Origin: Thermoplasmata archaeon
Lineage (GTDB): Archaea; Thermoplasmatota; Thermoplasmata; Lutacidiplasmatales; UBA184
Assembly: GCA_028864975.1 (NCBI GenBank)
Contig: JAGWLG010000003.1
Span: 1 to 64,000 of the forward strand
Direction of reading: 5' to 3'
Length of the DNA: 64,000 nucleotides
Under the pieces are notes generated by a model. That model was not told the DNA's origin. It was given only the letters and a program-made list of their open reading frames with translations, and searched no databases. Below, in pieces: positions 7,765-17,316 of this stretch (position 1 is its first letter; each line of letters begins with the position of its first letter). The position numbers and the translations under genes are program-made.

Positions 7765-10700
7765 CGGCGCACCCACCTCCGTGTGCGCCACCAGCGCCAG
7801 GTCCCGGCGATCGCGACGATGGCGAGCCCGGGAAGGACGGTGAGCAGCGGGAACAGCCAGTTCTGGTAGTCGGGCGGAGGCGAGCCCCCGACAGAGGGCC
7901 CCGTGACGACGGGGGTCGCGTTGAACGAGAGCGTGGCGTGGCTGAAGGTCGGGAGGACGGCGAAGGCCCTCGCCTGCGGGTTCGAGAGGTCCACCCCCAT
8001 GACGTCGACCGAGTTCGGCATGATCGGAAGGAGGCCGTGCGGGAAGAGCTGCACCTCGGCCTCGACCGCGGCACCCGAGGGGGAGACCGGTTCGGGGGCG
8101 ACGATCGGAGCCCCGGAGGTCGCGGAGGCGATGTCGTAGGTCCATCCGTCCTGCTGGAGCTCCGCGCCGTTGGCCACGGAGAGCGTCACTTGCTCCTGCG
8201 AGTTCCCGGTCGAGGCCAGGTGGAATCCCAGGACCACGACGCCCGCCTTGATCGAGTTCTGTGCGGTCGTCGGCCCCATCGAGATGCCGTAGACCGCGAC
8301 GATGTTGAGCGGCACGTTGACCGAAGCGAGCGAGGTCCCTCCGCTCTGGAGGAGGACCTGCAACGTCACCGGCGAGGGGCTCGAGGAGGTCCCGGCCGGT
8401 ACCGTGACGGCTACGTCGACCGCCTGGGAGCGGTTGTTCACGGCCGGTCCCAGGGTAAAGTTCCCGGGGAAGAAGCGGATGGTCCAGGTGCTCGGGGTCC
8501 CGGACATGCGCACAGCCATCGGGGCGTTCCCCGTGTCGTTCACCACGACCTGATAGTAGACGGTCGACCCGTCCGCGACCGTGGGGGTGCCCTCCCCGAC
8601 CCGGGTGATCGAGGCCGCCCGGGTCCATTGGGGGTTGAGGGTCAACGGCACGAAGGCGTTCGCCGCCGCGACCGTCACGTTGACCGCCCCCAGGAGCTCA
8701 ACGTTGGCGCCGTAGGGTGCGATGGAGCCCCGAGCGGTGACCTGGAAGGGCCCGGAGGGCAGCACCAGGGGGTAGGACCCCACACTGAGATTGGCCAGGG
8801 TCACGTTCGGTCCACCGACATGGGCGAAGGTGAGCGTCACCGGCGTGGGGGCCGGGACGCCGGACGGGGTCGCGATCCCCAGGGTCTGGACCCAGCCCGA
8901 GGCCAGGTTCAGCGCGAGCGGGATCACCGAGGAGGAGTAGCCCACGGAGAGGGTGGTGATGTTCACCTCGGGAGCCGCGGTGCTCGAGAGGACCGTGTAG
9001 AGGGTGTACCGGCCGGGGAGCAGGCTCAGCGACGCCGCTCCTCCCGAGATCGGGAAGACGATCGGCGTGCCGCCCGCCGCCGGATCCGCGGTGATCGTTC
9101 CCGATCCCCCCGAAGCGGGCGCGCCGTTGATCAAGAGCGAGGGCACCACGGTGTCGTAGGCGCGGGTCACCTTGGGGACCAGCACGCAGGTCGAGCTCCC
9201 GCTCGCGGCCACGGCGCACGTGTCCGCGCTCGAGTTCGTCTCGACGGACCAGAACTGCGTCACCCCTCCCACGTCCAATAGGAGCGTCGTGTTGAGCGAG
9301 AAGGTGTACCCTCCTCGGGGGAGGAGGAGCGTCGCGTTCCCCGCCGAGGAGGTCGTGACGTTCGCCCAGGTACCGTTCCCGTTCGAGAAACGCAAGCTGA
9401 GGGTCGTGTTGAGCACCTGACCGAACGAGGCCTTCATCGAGAAGTCGAGCTTCCCCGCGGGCAGGAGCGTCGCGTTGGGGAGCGAGGTCGTCCCGTCCGC
9501 GTGCAGGGTGAGCGGGTCGAAGAACGCGTAGGGGGCGCTGCCGTTCTCCGTGGAGAGCCAGAGGTTGCAGGTCCCCGGAGCGGCCTCGAAGCCCTGGCGG
9601 AGGGTGCTCCCGTTCGTGGCGAACGTGCCGCCGGGGCAGGAGAGGACCGCGTAGGTCTTGTCGAGCGCGAGGCCCAGGGTCGTGGTGTTGAAGTGGTAGC
9701 GGACCGAAGTGCCCATCGTCAGATTGAGGACGAGCCCCTTCGACCCGATGGGGACGGTCAGCGTCGAGTTGCTGAACGGATGGAGCGAGCCGTAGGGAAG
9801 GAGAGGCGCCCACGCGCTGACCCCATAGGTCCCGGGGTAGAGGTCCACCGTGACGTTCGTCCCCGTGGTGTTGAGCGCGACGGCGCCGGAGGAAAGGGCG
9901 GTGAAGTTGAGCGCGGGCGTGGAGCTCCCTGCGGACGCATTGTGGACCACCACCTGGACGGGGACGCGGGAGATGTTGAGAGCGATCTGACTGTAGAGGG
10001 CGTTCAGGTCGCTCTGGGGCACGCCCGAAACCGCGAACGGAGAGAACCCGTACTCAGAGGCCTGGAGCGAGAAGGTACTGGTGCTGATCGGAAGGTTCAC
10101 CGAGAGGTTGCCGTCCGAGCTCGAGAGGAGCTGCTGGGTCGCGCTCGCCGCGTCCAACGTCAAGCTCACGGGGACGAATGCCAGGGGATGGAAGACCCCG
10201 TTCGTCTCGTACCCGACCTTGGCGTGGTAGGGGAAGGAGGGGGAGAGCGTGAGGTCGGTCGTGGTCGGTCCGCTCACGACCGCGGCCGTGAGACCCGCCC
10301 CGGTCACCCCGGTCTTGGAGTAGTTGGAGAGGATCGTGTAGGCGCCCTCGGGCACCCAGAGGAGGTAGCTTCCTCCGGTGCCGGTCACGGTGGCGACCTC
10401 GGCGCCCTGGGCGTTCTGGACGGTCACGCTGACGCCGCTCGTGGGTCCTGGTGAGCCTCCCGTGACGTAGGCGTGTCCCTCCAGGGGCTGCGCGGGCGCG
10501 AGGGCGAGGACGGAACCCGCGGAGAAGACCTCGGCACTGGCCGAGGTCTCGCGGAGGTCGCCCATACCGGCCACGTAGGTGCCGTTCACGACCCCGAGGG
10601 CGTAGACCGACCAGTTCCCTGCCGAGATCGTGGCGTGGACGTATCCGTCGCTGCCTGCGAGGAAGACCGAGGACCCGGCTCCACTGGCATCGAGGGAGCT

Positions 10701-13700
10701 GAAGCGCACCGGGACCCCAGGGACCGGGTCGCCGCGCAGGAGCACCTGAAGGTCGACCTGGACCGGAGTGGTGAGCGTGAGGTTCTCGGTGAGGTTCGTC
10801 TGGAAGCTCACGATGCTGGGGTGGTTCGGGAGGGACCTCCGCCCGTAGGCATCGGAGGCGACGAGCGAGTAGTTGCCGGGGACCACCGGGCGGAAAGTGA
10901 AGTTCCCTCCCGTCGTGGTGAAGGTGGTCGTGGGCCCGTCCGGTCCGGTCAGCGTGACCTGGGCGCCGACGACACCCTGTCGCGTCTGATTGCGGACGGT
11001 GCCGTGGATCTCCGTGAGGTGGACGCCCAGGCTGTCGACGGAAGTGCCCCCGTTGAGCAAGTTCACGGTCGCCTCGGGGAGGGTGAAGCTCCCGACCGAG
11101 ACCGAGACGTTGTAGGCGCCGGGTGCGAGGGAGGGGAAGGAGAAGGTGCCGCTCGCGTCGGACGTCGCGGTCTCGGTCGTGCCCAGCCCGTTCGAGATGC
11201 CTACGGTCGCCCCAGGGATCACGGTGTCGCGCGTCTGGAAGGTAGTTTGGTTCGCCGTGTTCCAGTAGACCGACCCCTGGATCGAACCCGGCCGAAGGAC
11301 GATGTGCGGAGTGATCGGGGTGGTGTCGTAGCCGAAGCCTTGACTGGTGGGGACGGTCAGGTTCAGTTGCGAGACCTGGGTCGCCCCGACCTGGGTCAGG
11401 GGTGTCAGGGCCCCATAGCTCGCGGTGAACGTGTCGTTCCCCGGGGGCGCCGTGAGTTGGAACTGCCCGTGAGCATCGGTGACCGTGGTCATGTGCGGGG
11501 TTCCCCAGCTGTCGTCGACGGTGAGTCGGATCCCCGGGACGGGGCTCCCGTCGGGCAGGGTCACCGTTCCCTGGACCTGGGCACCGGGGTAGTACTCGAG
11601 GACCGTCTCGCCCCCGGAGCTGAAGTAGCTGGAGGGGGAGAGGTCCGCCGTCCCCTGGTTGGCCTTCTGGTGGGCCGCCGCGACATCCTCGTTCACCGCA
11701 GCGAAGCAGTTCGGGTGGGCCTGGTAGTCCTTGTACGGACAGTAGTACGCGGTGCGGTAGCCCATGACGAAGTGCTGCATCATCCAGCCAGGCTCCGGGT
11801 TGTTCCCCTGGAGCGTGACCCCGGGCACCCCCTGTCCGGCCCCGACCTGGCTACCGTTGTAGCCGATCTCGATCTTGTAGAGCATGCTCTGGTAGAAGGC
11901 CGGCTTGTAGTTGATCTGGCTCGAGACGCTCTGGACCCCGGCGGGGACCTGCCCGAGCTGGTAGGTCTGCCCGTCGCTCCCGGTCACGGTGACGGTGAAG
12001 TAATAGGTCGGGATCCCTCCTGAGCCGATGACCCCGTCCGTCAGGTCGACGGGCGCGTAGAAGATCCCGGTGTTCGATCCGCTCGTCGGGAAGAGACGGG
12101 TGTCCCCCATCGCGTAGCGGATGGACCACCCCGTGCAGGACTGGAGGTCCTGGTAGGCCTGGACGACCCGGTTCTCGTTGACCGACGAGGCGAGGAAGTA
12201 GCTCACCGCGTCGTACATGGCGTTGAGCGCGTCCAAGTGGCTGTTGTCCTTCGGCCCGTAGAAGCCGGGGTTGTTCGCGACCAGACCCACGTCTCTCGAG
12301 GTGTTCAGGAGCAAGCTCTGGAGCTGGGTCGTATTGACCCCGTCGGCCCGCAGCTGTCCGTAGAGGTTGCCGATCTGGCACTGGGGGGCAGCCCCGGGGT
12401 CCTTGGCCAGGGCCTCGAGGAGGTCCGTCGCCATGTAAGAGATCCCGAGCGACTCGTTCTGGGCGAGCAGGAAGTTCCCCGCGGGGTCGATCCCGTTCTG
12501 GAAGTTGTCGGCGACGGAAGGATGATGGCCCTGATCGATGGCCTGGAAACCGTAGTCCCACCAACTGACGAAGGCGGGTCGCTGGGCTTCCGGTTCAAAG
12601 GTGTCCTGGGTCGAGAGCCAGCTGTAACCGCTCTGGTCGTACTGCTGGGGGGTGTCGGTCTCGATCCCCGCGATCCCGAGGTAGAACGAGGAGGCGTTCG
12701 AGGGGCTCGTCTGGAGGACCGAGGGGAGCGAGGCGTAGATCTGTTGGCTGTACTGCCCCTGAACGTTGTACGGGATCCCGGCGTCGACGGCCCAGGAGAC
12801 GTTCGGCAGGACGACCAGGACGACCAGGATGCCCAGGATCAGGTGGCGGGCCTTGAAGGAACGGCGCAGCGCGAGGAGACGCCCTCCGCGCTCGGAGAGG
12901 GAGGAGAGGTTCCTCCGCAGCTGGGGATACCCTCCGACCCGGTCCAGCGCGATGATCAGGACCTCGGCCGGCAGGAGCACGAAGATCGGCGAGCCCAGGA
13001 GGAAGAACTTCGCCGCTGAGATCGGGAGGTAGATCCCCAGGAGCCCGAGGATCACCATGAAGAGGTGCTCTCGGCGGAAGCGATAGACGAACAGGTAGGC
13101 GATGAAGAGCGCAAGCCCGACGAAGGTGAGGAGGAACGTACCGATCCCGTAGCTTACGATGAGGGCATCGAAGCTGGGCGCCTGGGCTTCGGCGACGGTC
13201 GAGAAGATCAGGTTCTTGACGAAGTAGCCCTGACCTGTCAGCACCGACTGGAAGTAGTAAGGGTTGTAGACGTAGAGCGCGGCCCCCGCCCCGACCAAGC
13301 TCAGGACGAACACCGGCACGCTGATGACCCAGGGCTGGTCGCGCAGGAGCAGGAAGGGAAGGAGGACCAGCAGCCCCCCGAAGAAGAGGAGCAGAGGGAC
13401 CGTGAACCAGTACCCGAACTCTCCCTGCGCGAAGTAGTACGGCATGGCCATCAGGAAGCCGATGGTCCCGGCGAGGAGGGTCGTCAGGTAGGCGCCGAAC
13501 GAGTCGTGCTTGCGGACGCGCTCGATGAGGACGAGGAGCGCGAGGTAGACCATGATGACGGTGATGACGTAGGTGTACCCCTGCCAGGCGAACATGGTCG
13601 CCCCGAGGCAGACCCCTGCGAAGACGGACCACTTGACCGCGTGCTCCTCCCCCCTGACGAAGGCCTTCACCCCGGCCCAGATGGCCCTGGGGGACCGGTA

Positions 13701-14318
13701 GGACTCGACCCAACGACGCGTCCCCGAGAGACGGATCGCGCGCAGGAAGGCGTAGGAGGTGAGCAGGACGAAGAAGGTGTAGAACGACAGGTAGTTGGCG
13801 TAGGTCGCGACCGTGCTCTGGATGTTGCCCACGACGAACGGGTAGAGGAGGGCCGCGAGGAGCCCCACCCGCTTCGAGCTCACCTCCTTCCCGATGAGGT
13901 AGACCGGGAAGACGCCCAGCGCTGCCCAGACCGCGGGCTGCATCTCGAGCACCCACATGCCGGCGCGGACCGCATCCCCGCCGAAGAACGGGGCCAGCAG
14001 GATGCCCAGGATGGCGTTCATCCAGTCGAAGAGGGGCTCACGGGGGTTCTGCGCCCCGACCGGGTAGTTCAGGAGGGGGTCGTGGACGAGGTTCGAATGC
14101 GTTCCTATGATCCACTCCATCACGCGGGAGTGGTAGAACGAGTCGGAGCCCCCGGCGTAGCAGTAGGAGATGTTGCAGGTGTTGATCAGCTGGTAGGCGT
14201 AGAGGACACGGATGAGGAAGGAGATCGAGGCCGCGACGAGGAGGAGGGTGACCGCGAGGCCATGCTTCTTCCACCAGCTTTCGTGGCCTCCCACGACCGT
14301 TTCTTCGGCGTCGGCCAT
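7761..14318 (-). CDS. aglB: Oligosaccharyltransferase AglB (STT3) with very long beta-sandwich C-terminal extension
   Basis: Multi-TM N-terminus with DSFYH and TVAE motifs, and WWDYG at 12549-12563. About 1300 aa of carboxypeptidase-regulatory-like repeats and a final TM helix follow. Confidence 0.93.
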   Translation of the reverse strand: MADAEETVVGGHESWWKKHGLAVTLLLVAASISFLIRVLYAYQLINTCNISYCYAGGSDSFYHSRVMEWIIGTHSNLVHDPLLNYPVGAQNPREPLFDWMNAILGILLAPFFGGDAVRAGMWVLEMQPAVWAALGVFPVYLIGKEVSSKRVGLLAALLYPFVVGNIQSTVATYANYLSFYTFFVLLTSYAFLRAIRLSGTRRWVESYRSPRAIWAGVKAFVRGEEHAVKWSVFAGVCLGATMFAWQGYTYVITVIMVYLALLVLIERVRKHDSFGAYLTTLLAGTIGFLMAMPYYFAQGEFGYWFTVPLLLFFGGLLVLLPFLLLRDQPWVISVPVFVLSLVGAGAALYVYNPYYFQSVLTGQGYFVKNLIFSTVAEAQAPSFDALIVSYGIGTFLLTFVGLALFIAYLFVYRFRREHLFMVILGLLGIYLPISAAKFFLLGSPIFVLLPAEVLIIALDRVGGYPQLRRNLSSLSERGGRLLALRRSFKARHLILGILVVLVVLPNVSWAVDAGIPYNVQGQYSQQIYASLPSVLQTSPSNASSFYLGIAGIETDTPQQYDQSGYSWLSTQDTFEPEAQRPAFVSWWDYGFQAIDQGHHPSVADNFQNGIDPAGNFLLAQNESLGISYMATDLLEALAKDPGAAPQCQIGNLYGQLRADGVNTTQLQSLLLNTSRDVGLVANNPGFYGPKDNSHLDALNAMYDAVSYFLASSVNENRVVQAYQDLQSCTGWSIRYAMGDTRLFPTSGSNTGIFYAPVDLTDGVIGSGGIPTYYFTVTVTGSDGQTYQLGQVPAGVQSVSSQINYKPAFYQSMLYKIEIGYNGSQVGAGQGVPGVTLQGNNPEPGWMMQHFVMGYRTAYYCPYKDYQAHPNCFAAVNEDVAAAHQKANQGTADLSPSSYFSSGGETVLEYYPGAQVQGTVTLPDGSPVPGIRLTVDDSWGTPHMTTVTDAHGQFQLTAPPGNDTFTASYGALTPLTQVGATQVSQLNLTVPTSQGFGYDTTPITPHIVLRPGSIQGSVYWNTANQTTFQTRDTVIPGATVGISNGLGTTETATSDASGTFSFPSLAPGAYNVSVSVGSFTLPEATVNLLNGGTSVDSLGVHLTEIHGTVRNQTRQGVVGAQVTLTGPDGPTTTFTTTGGNFTFRPVVPGNYSLVASDAYGRRSLPNHPSIVSFQTNLTENLTLTTPVQVDLQVLLRGDPVPGVPVRFSSLDASGAGSSVFLAGSDGYVHATISAGNWSVYALGVVNGTYVAGMGDLRETSASAEVFSAGSVLALAPAQPLEGHAYVTGGSPGPTSGVSVTVQNAQGAEVATVTGTGGSYLLWVPEGAYTILSNYSKTGVTGAGLTAAVVSGPTTTDLTLSPSFPYHAKVGYETNGVFHPLAFVPVSLTLDAASATQQLLSSSDGNLSVNLPISTSTFSLQASEYGFSPFAVSGVPQSDLNALYSQIALNISRVPVQVVVHNASAGSSTPALNFTALSSGAVALNTTGTNVTVDLYPGTYGVSAWAPLLPYGSLHPFSNSTLTVPIGSKGLVLNLTMGTSVRYHFNTTTLGLALDKTYAVLSCPGGTFATNGSTLRQGFEAAPGTCNLWLSTENGSAPYAFFDPLTLHADGTTSLPNATLLPAGKLDFSMKASFGQVLNTTLSLRFSNGNGTWANVTTSSAGNATLLLPRGGYTFSLNTTLLLDVGGVTQFWSVETNSSADTCAVAASGSSTCVLVPKVTRAYDTVVPSLLINGAPASGGSGTITADPAAGGTPIVFPISGGAASLSLLPGRYTLYTVLSSTAAPEVNITTLSVGYSSSVIPLALNLASGWVQTLGIATPSGVPAPTPVTLTFAHVGGPNVTLANLSVGSYPLVLPSGPFQVTARGSIAPYGANVELLGAVNVTVAAANAFVPLTLNPQWTRAASITRVGEGTPTVADGSTVYYQVVVNDTGNAPMAVRMSGTPSTWTIRFFPGNFTLGPAVNNRSQAVDVAVTVPAGTSSSPSPVTLQVLLQSGGTSLASVNVPLNIVAVYGISMGPTTAQNSIKAGVVVLGFHLASTGNSQEQVTLSVANGAELQQDGWTYDIASATSGAPIVAPEPVSPSGAAVEAEVQLFPHGLLPIMPNSVDVMGVDLSNPQARAFAVLPTFSHATLSFNATPVVTGPSVGGSPPPDYQNWLFPLLTVLPGLAIVAIAGTWRWWRTRRWVRR

Positions 14319-14366
14319 TGTACCTGAGGTGCCCTCGGTGGGCGGCGCGCGCGACCCTGACGCTGG

Positions 14367-14374
14367 TATATAAG
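14367..14374 (-). promoter_or_regulatory. Probable TATA box of aglB operon
   Basis: CTTATATA on the minus strand, about 50 nt upstream of the aglB ATG in GC-rich context. Confidence 0.55.
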
Positions 14375-14378
14375 CCCA

Positions 14379-15011
14379 CTAGGAAGGTTTTCGAGAGGAA
14401 ACCGGGGACCCCTCCGCGGGGCGCCCGGCTCGCGTGTGGGAGCGCGCGAGGGCCACCCCCCTGCGGTGCTCCCGCTCGAGCAGGCCGAAGCGGAGTGCAT
14501 CGTGCCAGACCCGGCCTTCCCGACGGCTCTCCCGCTCGCGGCCCTCCCTGCGGAACCCGAGCCGGCGGAGCAGCCGCAGCGACCGCGCGTTGAAGGTGTG
14601 GGCGGTGGCCGAGACACGATGGAGCCCGAGAGGACCGAAGGCGATGCCCAGCACGGCGCTCGCCGCCTCGTGGGCGAGCCCGAGTCCCCACCGATCGGGA
14701 GAGACCCAGTAGAACAGCTCGGCGCTCCTGTCGCGTCGGTTCACCGAGCCCAGCCCGACGAGACCGATCGGGGTCCTCGTCCCGCGCTCGACGATGAGCA
14801 GGGGAAGGGCCCGGCCCCCGGCCGCAGAGCGCAGGCGCCGGATGTTCCTTCTGGCGGCGTCAGGGCCGAAAGGATGTGGCACGTAGGTTCCCCGGGAGAC
14901 CTCGGGGTGATCGCCTGCCCGGGAGAGAGCGCGCGCGTCCGGATCTCGGGGGAGCCTCAGCTCGAGGCGCTCGGTCCGGATCGGGAGCTTGACCTCGGGG
15001 AACCCCGACAT
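14379..15011 (-). CDS. GNAT N-acetyltransferase, RimJ/RimL family
   Basis: IRTERLELR, AELFYW...WGLGLAHEAA, LHRV.A.....N.RS.RLL.RLGF.REG. Likely start MSGFP. Confidence 0.9.
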   Translation of the reverse strand: MSGFPEVKLPIRTERLELRLPRDPDARALSRAGDHPEVSRGTYVPHPFGPDAARRNIRRLRSAAGGRALPLLIVERGTRTPIGLVGLGSVNRRDRSAELFYWVSPDRWGLGLAHEAASAVLGIAFGPLGLHRVSATAHTFNARSLRLLRRLGFRREGRERESRREGRVWHDALRFGLLEREHRRGVALARSHTRAGRPAEGSPVSSRKPS

Positions 15012-15114
15012 GCCACCGGGGTGAGCGGCGGGCAATGTAATGAAGGGGTTCGCGGGGCCCGGGCACGAAACCGCCCGGGCCCCGTTCGGCGTTCAGGGTT
15101 CTCGCGCGGTCCCC

Positions 15115-16614
15115 TCAGTACAGATGGCCCAAGGGATCCTGTTGACCCGTGGGGCGCGGAGCGGTTCCCGGTCGCGCCGGGGCCGCGGGGGCCGGCGGCG
15201 CGTTGTGCATCAGGAACGCGCTGGGGGGGCGGGAGCTGTAGCCTCCGACGGGCATCTTCGGGCGGCGGCCACGGGAGACCATGACCGCACCGACGATCAC
15301 CGCTACGGCGACCCCGATCACGATCAGGGCCAGCAGGGGGCTGAAGAGCCCGCTCTTCGCGGCGACGCAGCCCGCGCCGCCCAAGAGGCAGGCGTTGGCC
15401 GACGAGGCCTTCGCGGGGGACTCCGGCTGCGCCTGGACGGCGTAGGAGGAGAGGCCCGAGGCGGGGGTCGAGGTCGCGGCCGGGGCGCTGCCCGCGGTCA
15501 TGCCCACTCCCGTACCCATGCCCATGGACGCCGCGGCATGCGGAGCGAACTGGACGTTCGCCGCCACGACCCCGACATGCGAGGCGTGGTAGTCCACGTC
15601 CACGTAGTTCGGGCTCATCTGGGCGCCGGCATCGGGAGAGCCCGGTGCTCCGCTCGCCACACCCGCGCCACCGTAGAGGTCCGCGTGGACGGGCACGAAC
15701 AGGAGCCCGTCGCGCATCTCGAAGCCGAACCCGGTCGAGAACGCGAGCGCGATACGGTGGTACAGGTGCCCCGGAACTCCGCTGTCCAGGTCGTGGTCCG
15801 CGCCGTAGAGCGTGACCGTCCCCGAACCGGAGGCCGAGCCGTTCCCACCGCAGTTCGCTCCGCCGCCCATCGAGCCACCCTGGCCGCTGGCCGAGTAGCC
15901 GACGTGGCAGGCGAGCTCGTAGCTGCCCTGGGCGCTGTACGCGCTCGTCGAGGTCCACCAGGAGCCGGTCGAGACGTTCATCGGGAAGAGCCCGAGGGCC
16001 GGCGTGAAGGCGATCGAGGCCTGGGCCTGGGCGGCCGCGCTCGCGTACCCGTCAAAGGTCCCCGACTGGGGGCCCGAGAGCTGGGCGGCGGAGGTGGCCG
16101 TGAAGTTTCCCGAGACGGTGCTCTGCGCGTTCTCCACCGCGACCGCGGCGACCGCGGTCGTGCCGTTCAGCAGGACCGTGCCCGTGGTGGTGAAGTTCGC
16201 GGACCCCGCGTCCTTCTCCCAGCCCTGCGCGGTCACGTTGAGCGTGGCCGACTCCGGGCCGTTCGTGCCCTGAGCGGAGAGGAAGAAGCTCGCCGCCATG
16301 GCCCGCTGGCTCTGCAGGGTGAAGGAGGTGTTCGAGGTGTTCGTTTGGGTCAGGATGGTGTTCCACGAGAGGAACTCATGGATCGAGTAGGTGAGGCTCC
16401 ACGAGTTGTTCGTGGGGCCGGTGCCTGTGAGGGTCCCTTGGTCGTTCTTCTCGAAGGTGGCTCCCCAGGCCCAGACCTGCGGGGGGTTGTTCGGGTTGGG
16501 TTGGTGGAAGGCGGGTGCGGGCGCCGCCGCGGCCAGGGGCATGAAAAGCCCGACCGCTAGCAGGCCCAGCAGGGTCCACCATGTTCCTCGGTTCAGCTTG
16601 GCTCTCGTCTGCAT
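15115..16614 (-). CDS. Secreted beta-rich, C-terminally anchored surface glycoprotein of unknown function
   Basis: Signal peptide (MQTRAKLNRGTWWTLLGLLAVGLFMPLAAA), Ser/Thr/Ala-rich body with sequons, TM helix LLALIVIGVAVAVIVGAVMV and a Pro-rich tail. Confidence 0.75.
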   Translation of the reverse strand: MQTRAKLNRGTWWTLLGLLAVGLFMPLAAAAPAPAFHQPNPNNPPQVWAWGATFEKNDQGTLTGTGPTNNSWSLTYSIHEFLSWNTILTQTNTSNTSFTLQSQRAMAASFFLSAQGTNGPESATLNVTAQGWEKDAGSANFTTTGTVLLNGTTAVAAVAVENAQSTVSGNFTATSAAQLSGPQSGTFDGYASAAAQAQASIAFTPALGLFPMNVSTGSWWTSTSAYSAQGSYELACHVGYSASGQGGSMGGGANCGGNGSASGSGTVTLYGADHDLDSGVPGHLYHRIALAFSTGFGFEMRDGLLFVPVHADLYGGAGVASGAPGSPDAGAQMSPNYVDVDYHASHVGVVAANVQFAPHAAASMGMGTGVGMTAGSAPAATSTPASGLSSYAVQAQPESPAKASSANACLLGGAGCVAAKSGLFSPLLALIVIGVAVAVIVGAVMVSRGRRPKMPVGGYSSRPPSAFLMHNAPPAPAAPARPGTAPRPTGQQDPLGHLY

Positions 16615-16756
16615 GCTCTCTTTCCTTGGCCGTTTCGGCCTCTTGATGGGGGAACCCCCCCACCGCCACATCAACGGAGGTCCCGACCAACGGGGGTCGG
16701 ATTGGACGCCTTGCTACGGAGTCGCAAGACCGTTCGGTTACGGTGGGCTCCCGTGT

Positions 16757-17305
16757 TCAGGCGGGCGGGCGGAACCGGTAGAAGATCCGTCCGTCGGGGA
16801 GGTCGAAGGTCTCGAGGACCACCTCCATCCCGATGCAACAGTCCTCGTAGCGCACGTTCGCGATGCGCGAGAAGATGCGGAGCGGGGACCCTTCCAGGTC
16901 GATCAACCCGACGACGAAGGGGACGTCCTGTTCCATCCCGAGCGGGGCCCCACCGAGGACCGCGCTGAAGGCGTAGAGCTTCCCGCGCCGCGGGAGCTCC
17001 ACCCAGGTGAGCTTCTCGCCCCGGCACGTGGGGCACGCCACGCGCGGGGGCCACGAGAGCGTCCCGTCCGCGTCGCATTTGGTGGTCGTGAGCCATCCCT
17101 TCCTCAGCCCGTCGAAGAAGGCCGCGATCCGGGTGAACTTGGGGTCCTCCTGAGGGTAGAAATCGAGGAGGAAGGGGAGGGGTTGGGGCACCGGGTCGTT
17201 GCGGCGGGGAGGCTTGTCGGTGGCGAGGGCCTCCGCGCGGGGCTTGCTCGTCGGGGCTGCGCGTGGGTCGGTTCCGCCGATGCCGGCCTCGCTCGTCGCG
17301 ACCAT
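16757..17305 (-). CDS. DUF35 Zn-ribbon/OB-fold protein (thiolase partner)
   Basis: F..GL..G.L...KC...G...WPPR..CP.C, G.LY.FS, PFVVGLIDL, GMEV...F. Start MVATS. Confidence 0.9.
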   Translation of the reverse strand: MVATSEAGIGGTDPRAAPTSKPRAEALATDKPPRRNDPVPQPLPFLLDFYPQEDPKFTRIAAFFDGLRKGWLTTTKCDADGTLSWPPRVACPTCRGEKLTWVELPRRGKLYAFSAVLGGAPLGMEQDVPFVVGLIDLEGSPLRIFSRIANVRYEDCCIGMEVVLETFDLPDGRIFYRFRPPA

Positions 17306-17316
17306 CGACCTCGCTC

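Noticed and set aside
6886-8628. 580 aa ORF as listed
   Set aside because: The 5' part is an alternate frame of aglB; only 6886..7764 is protein-like.
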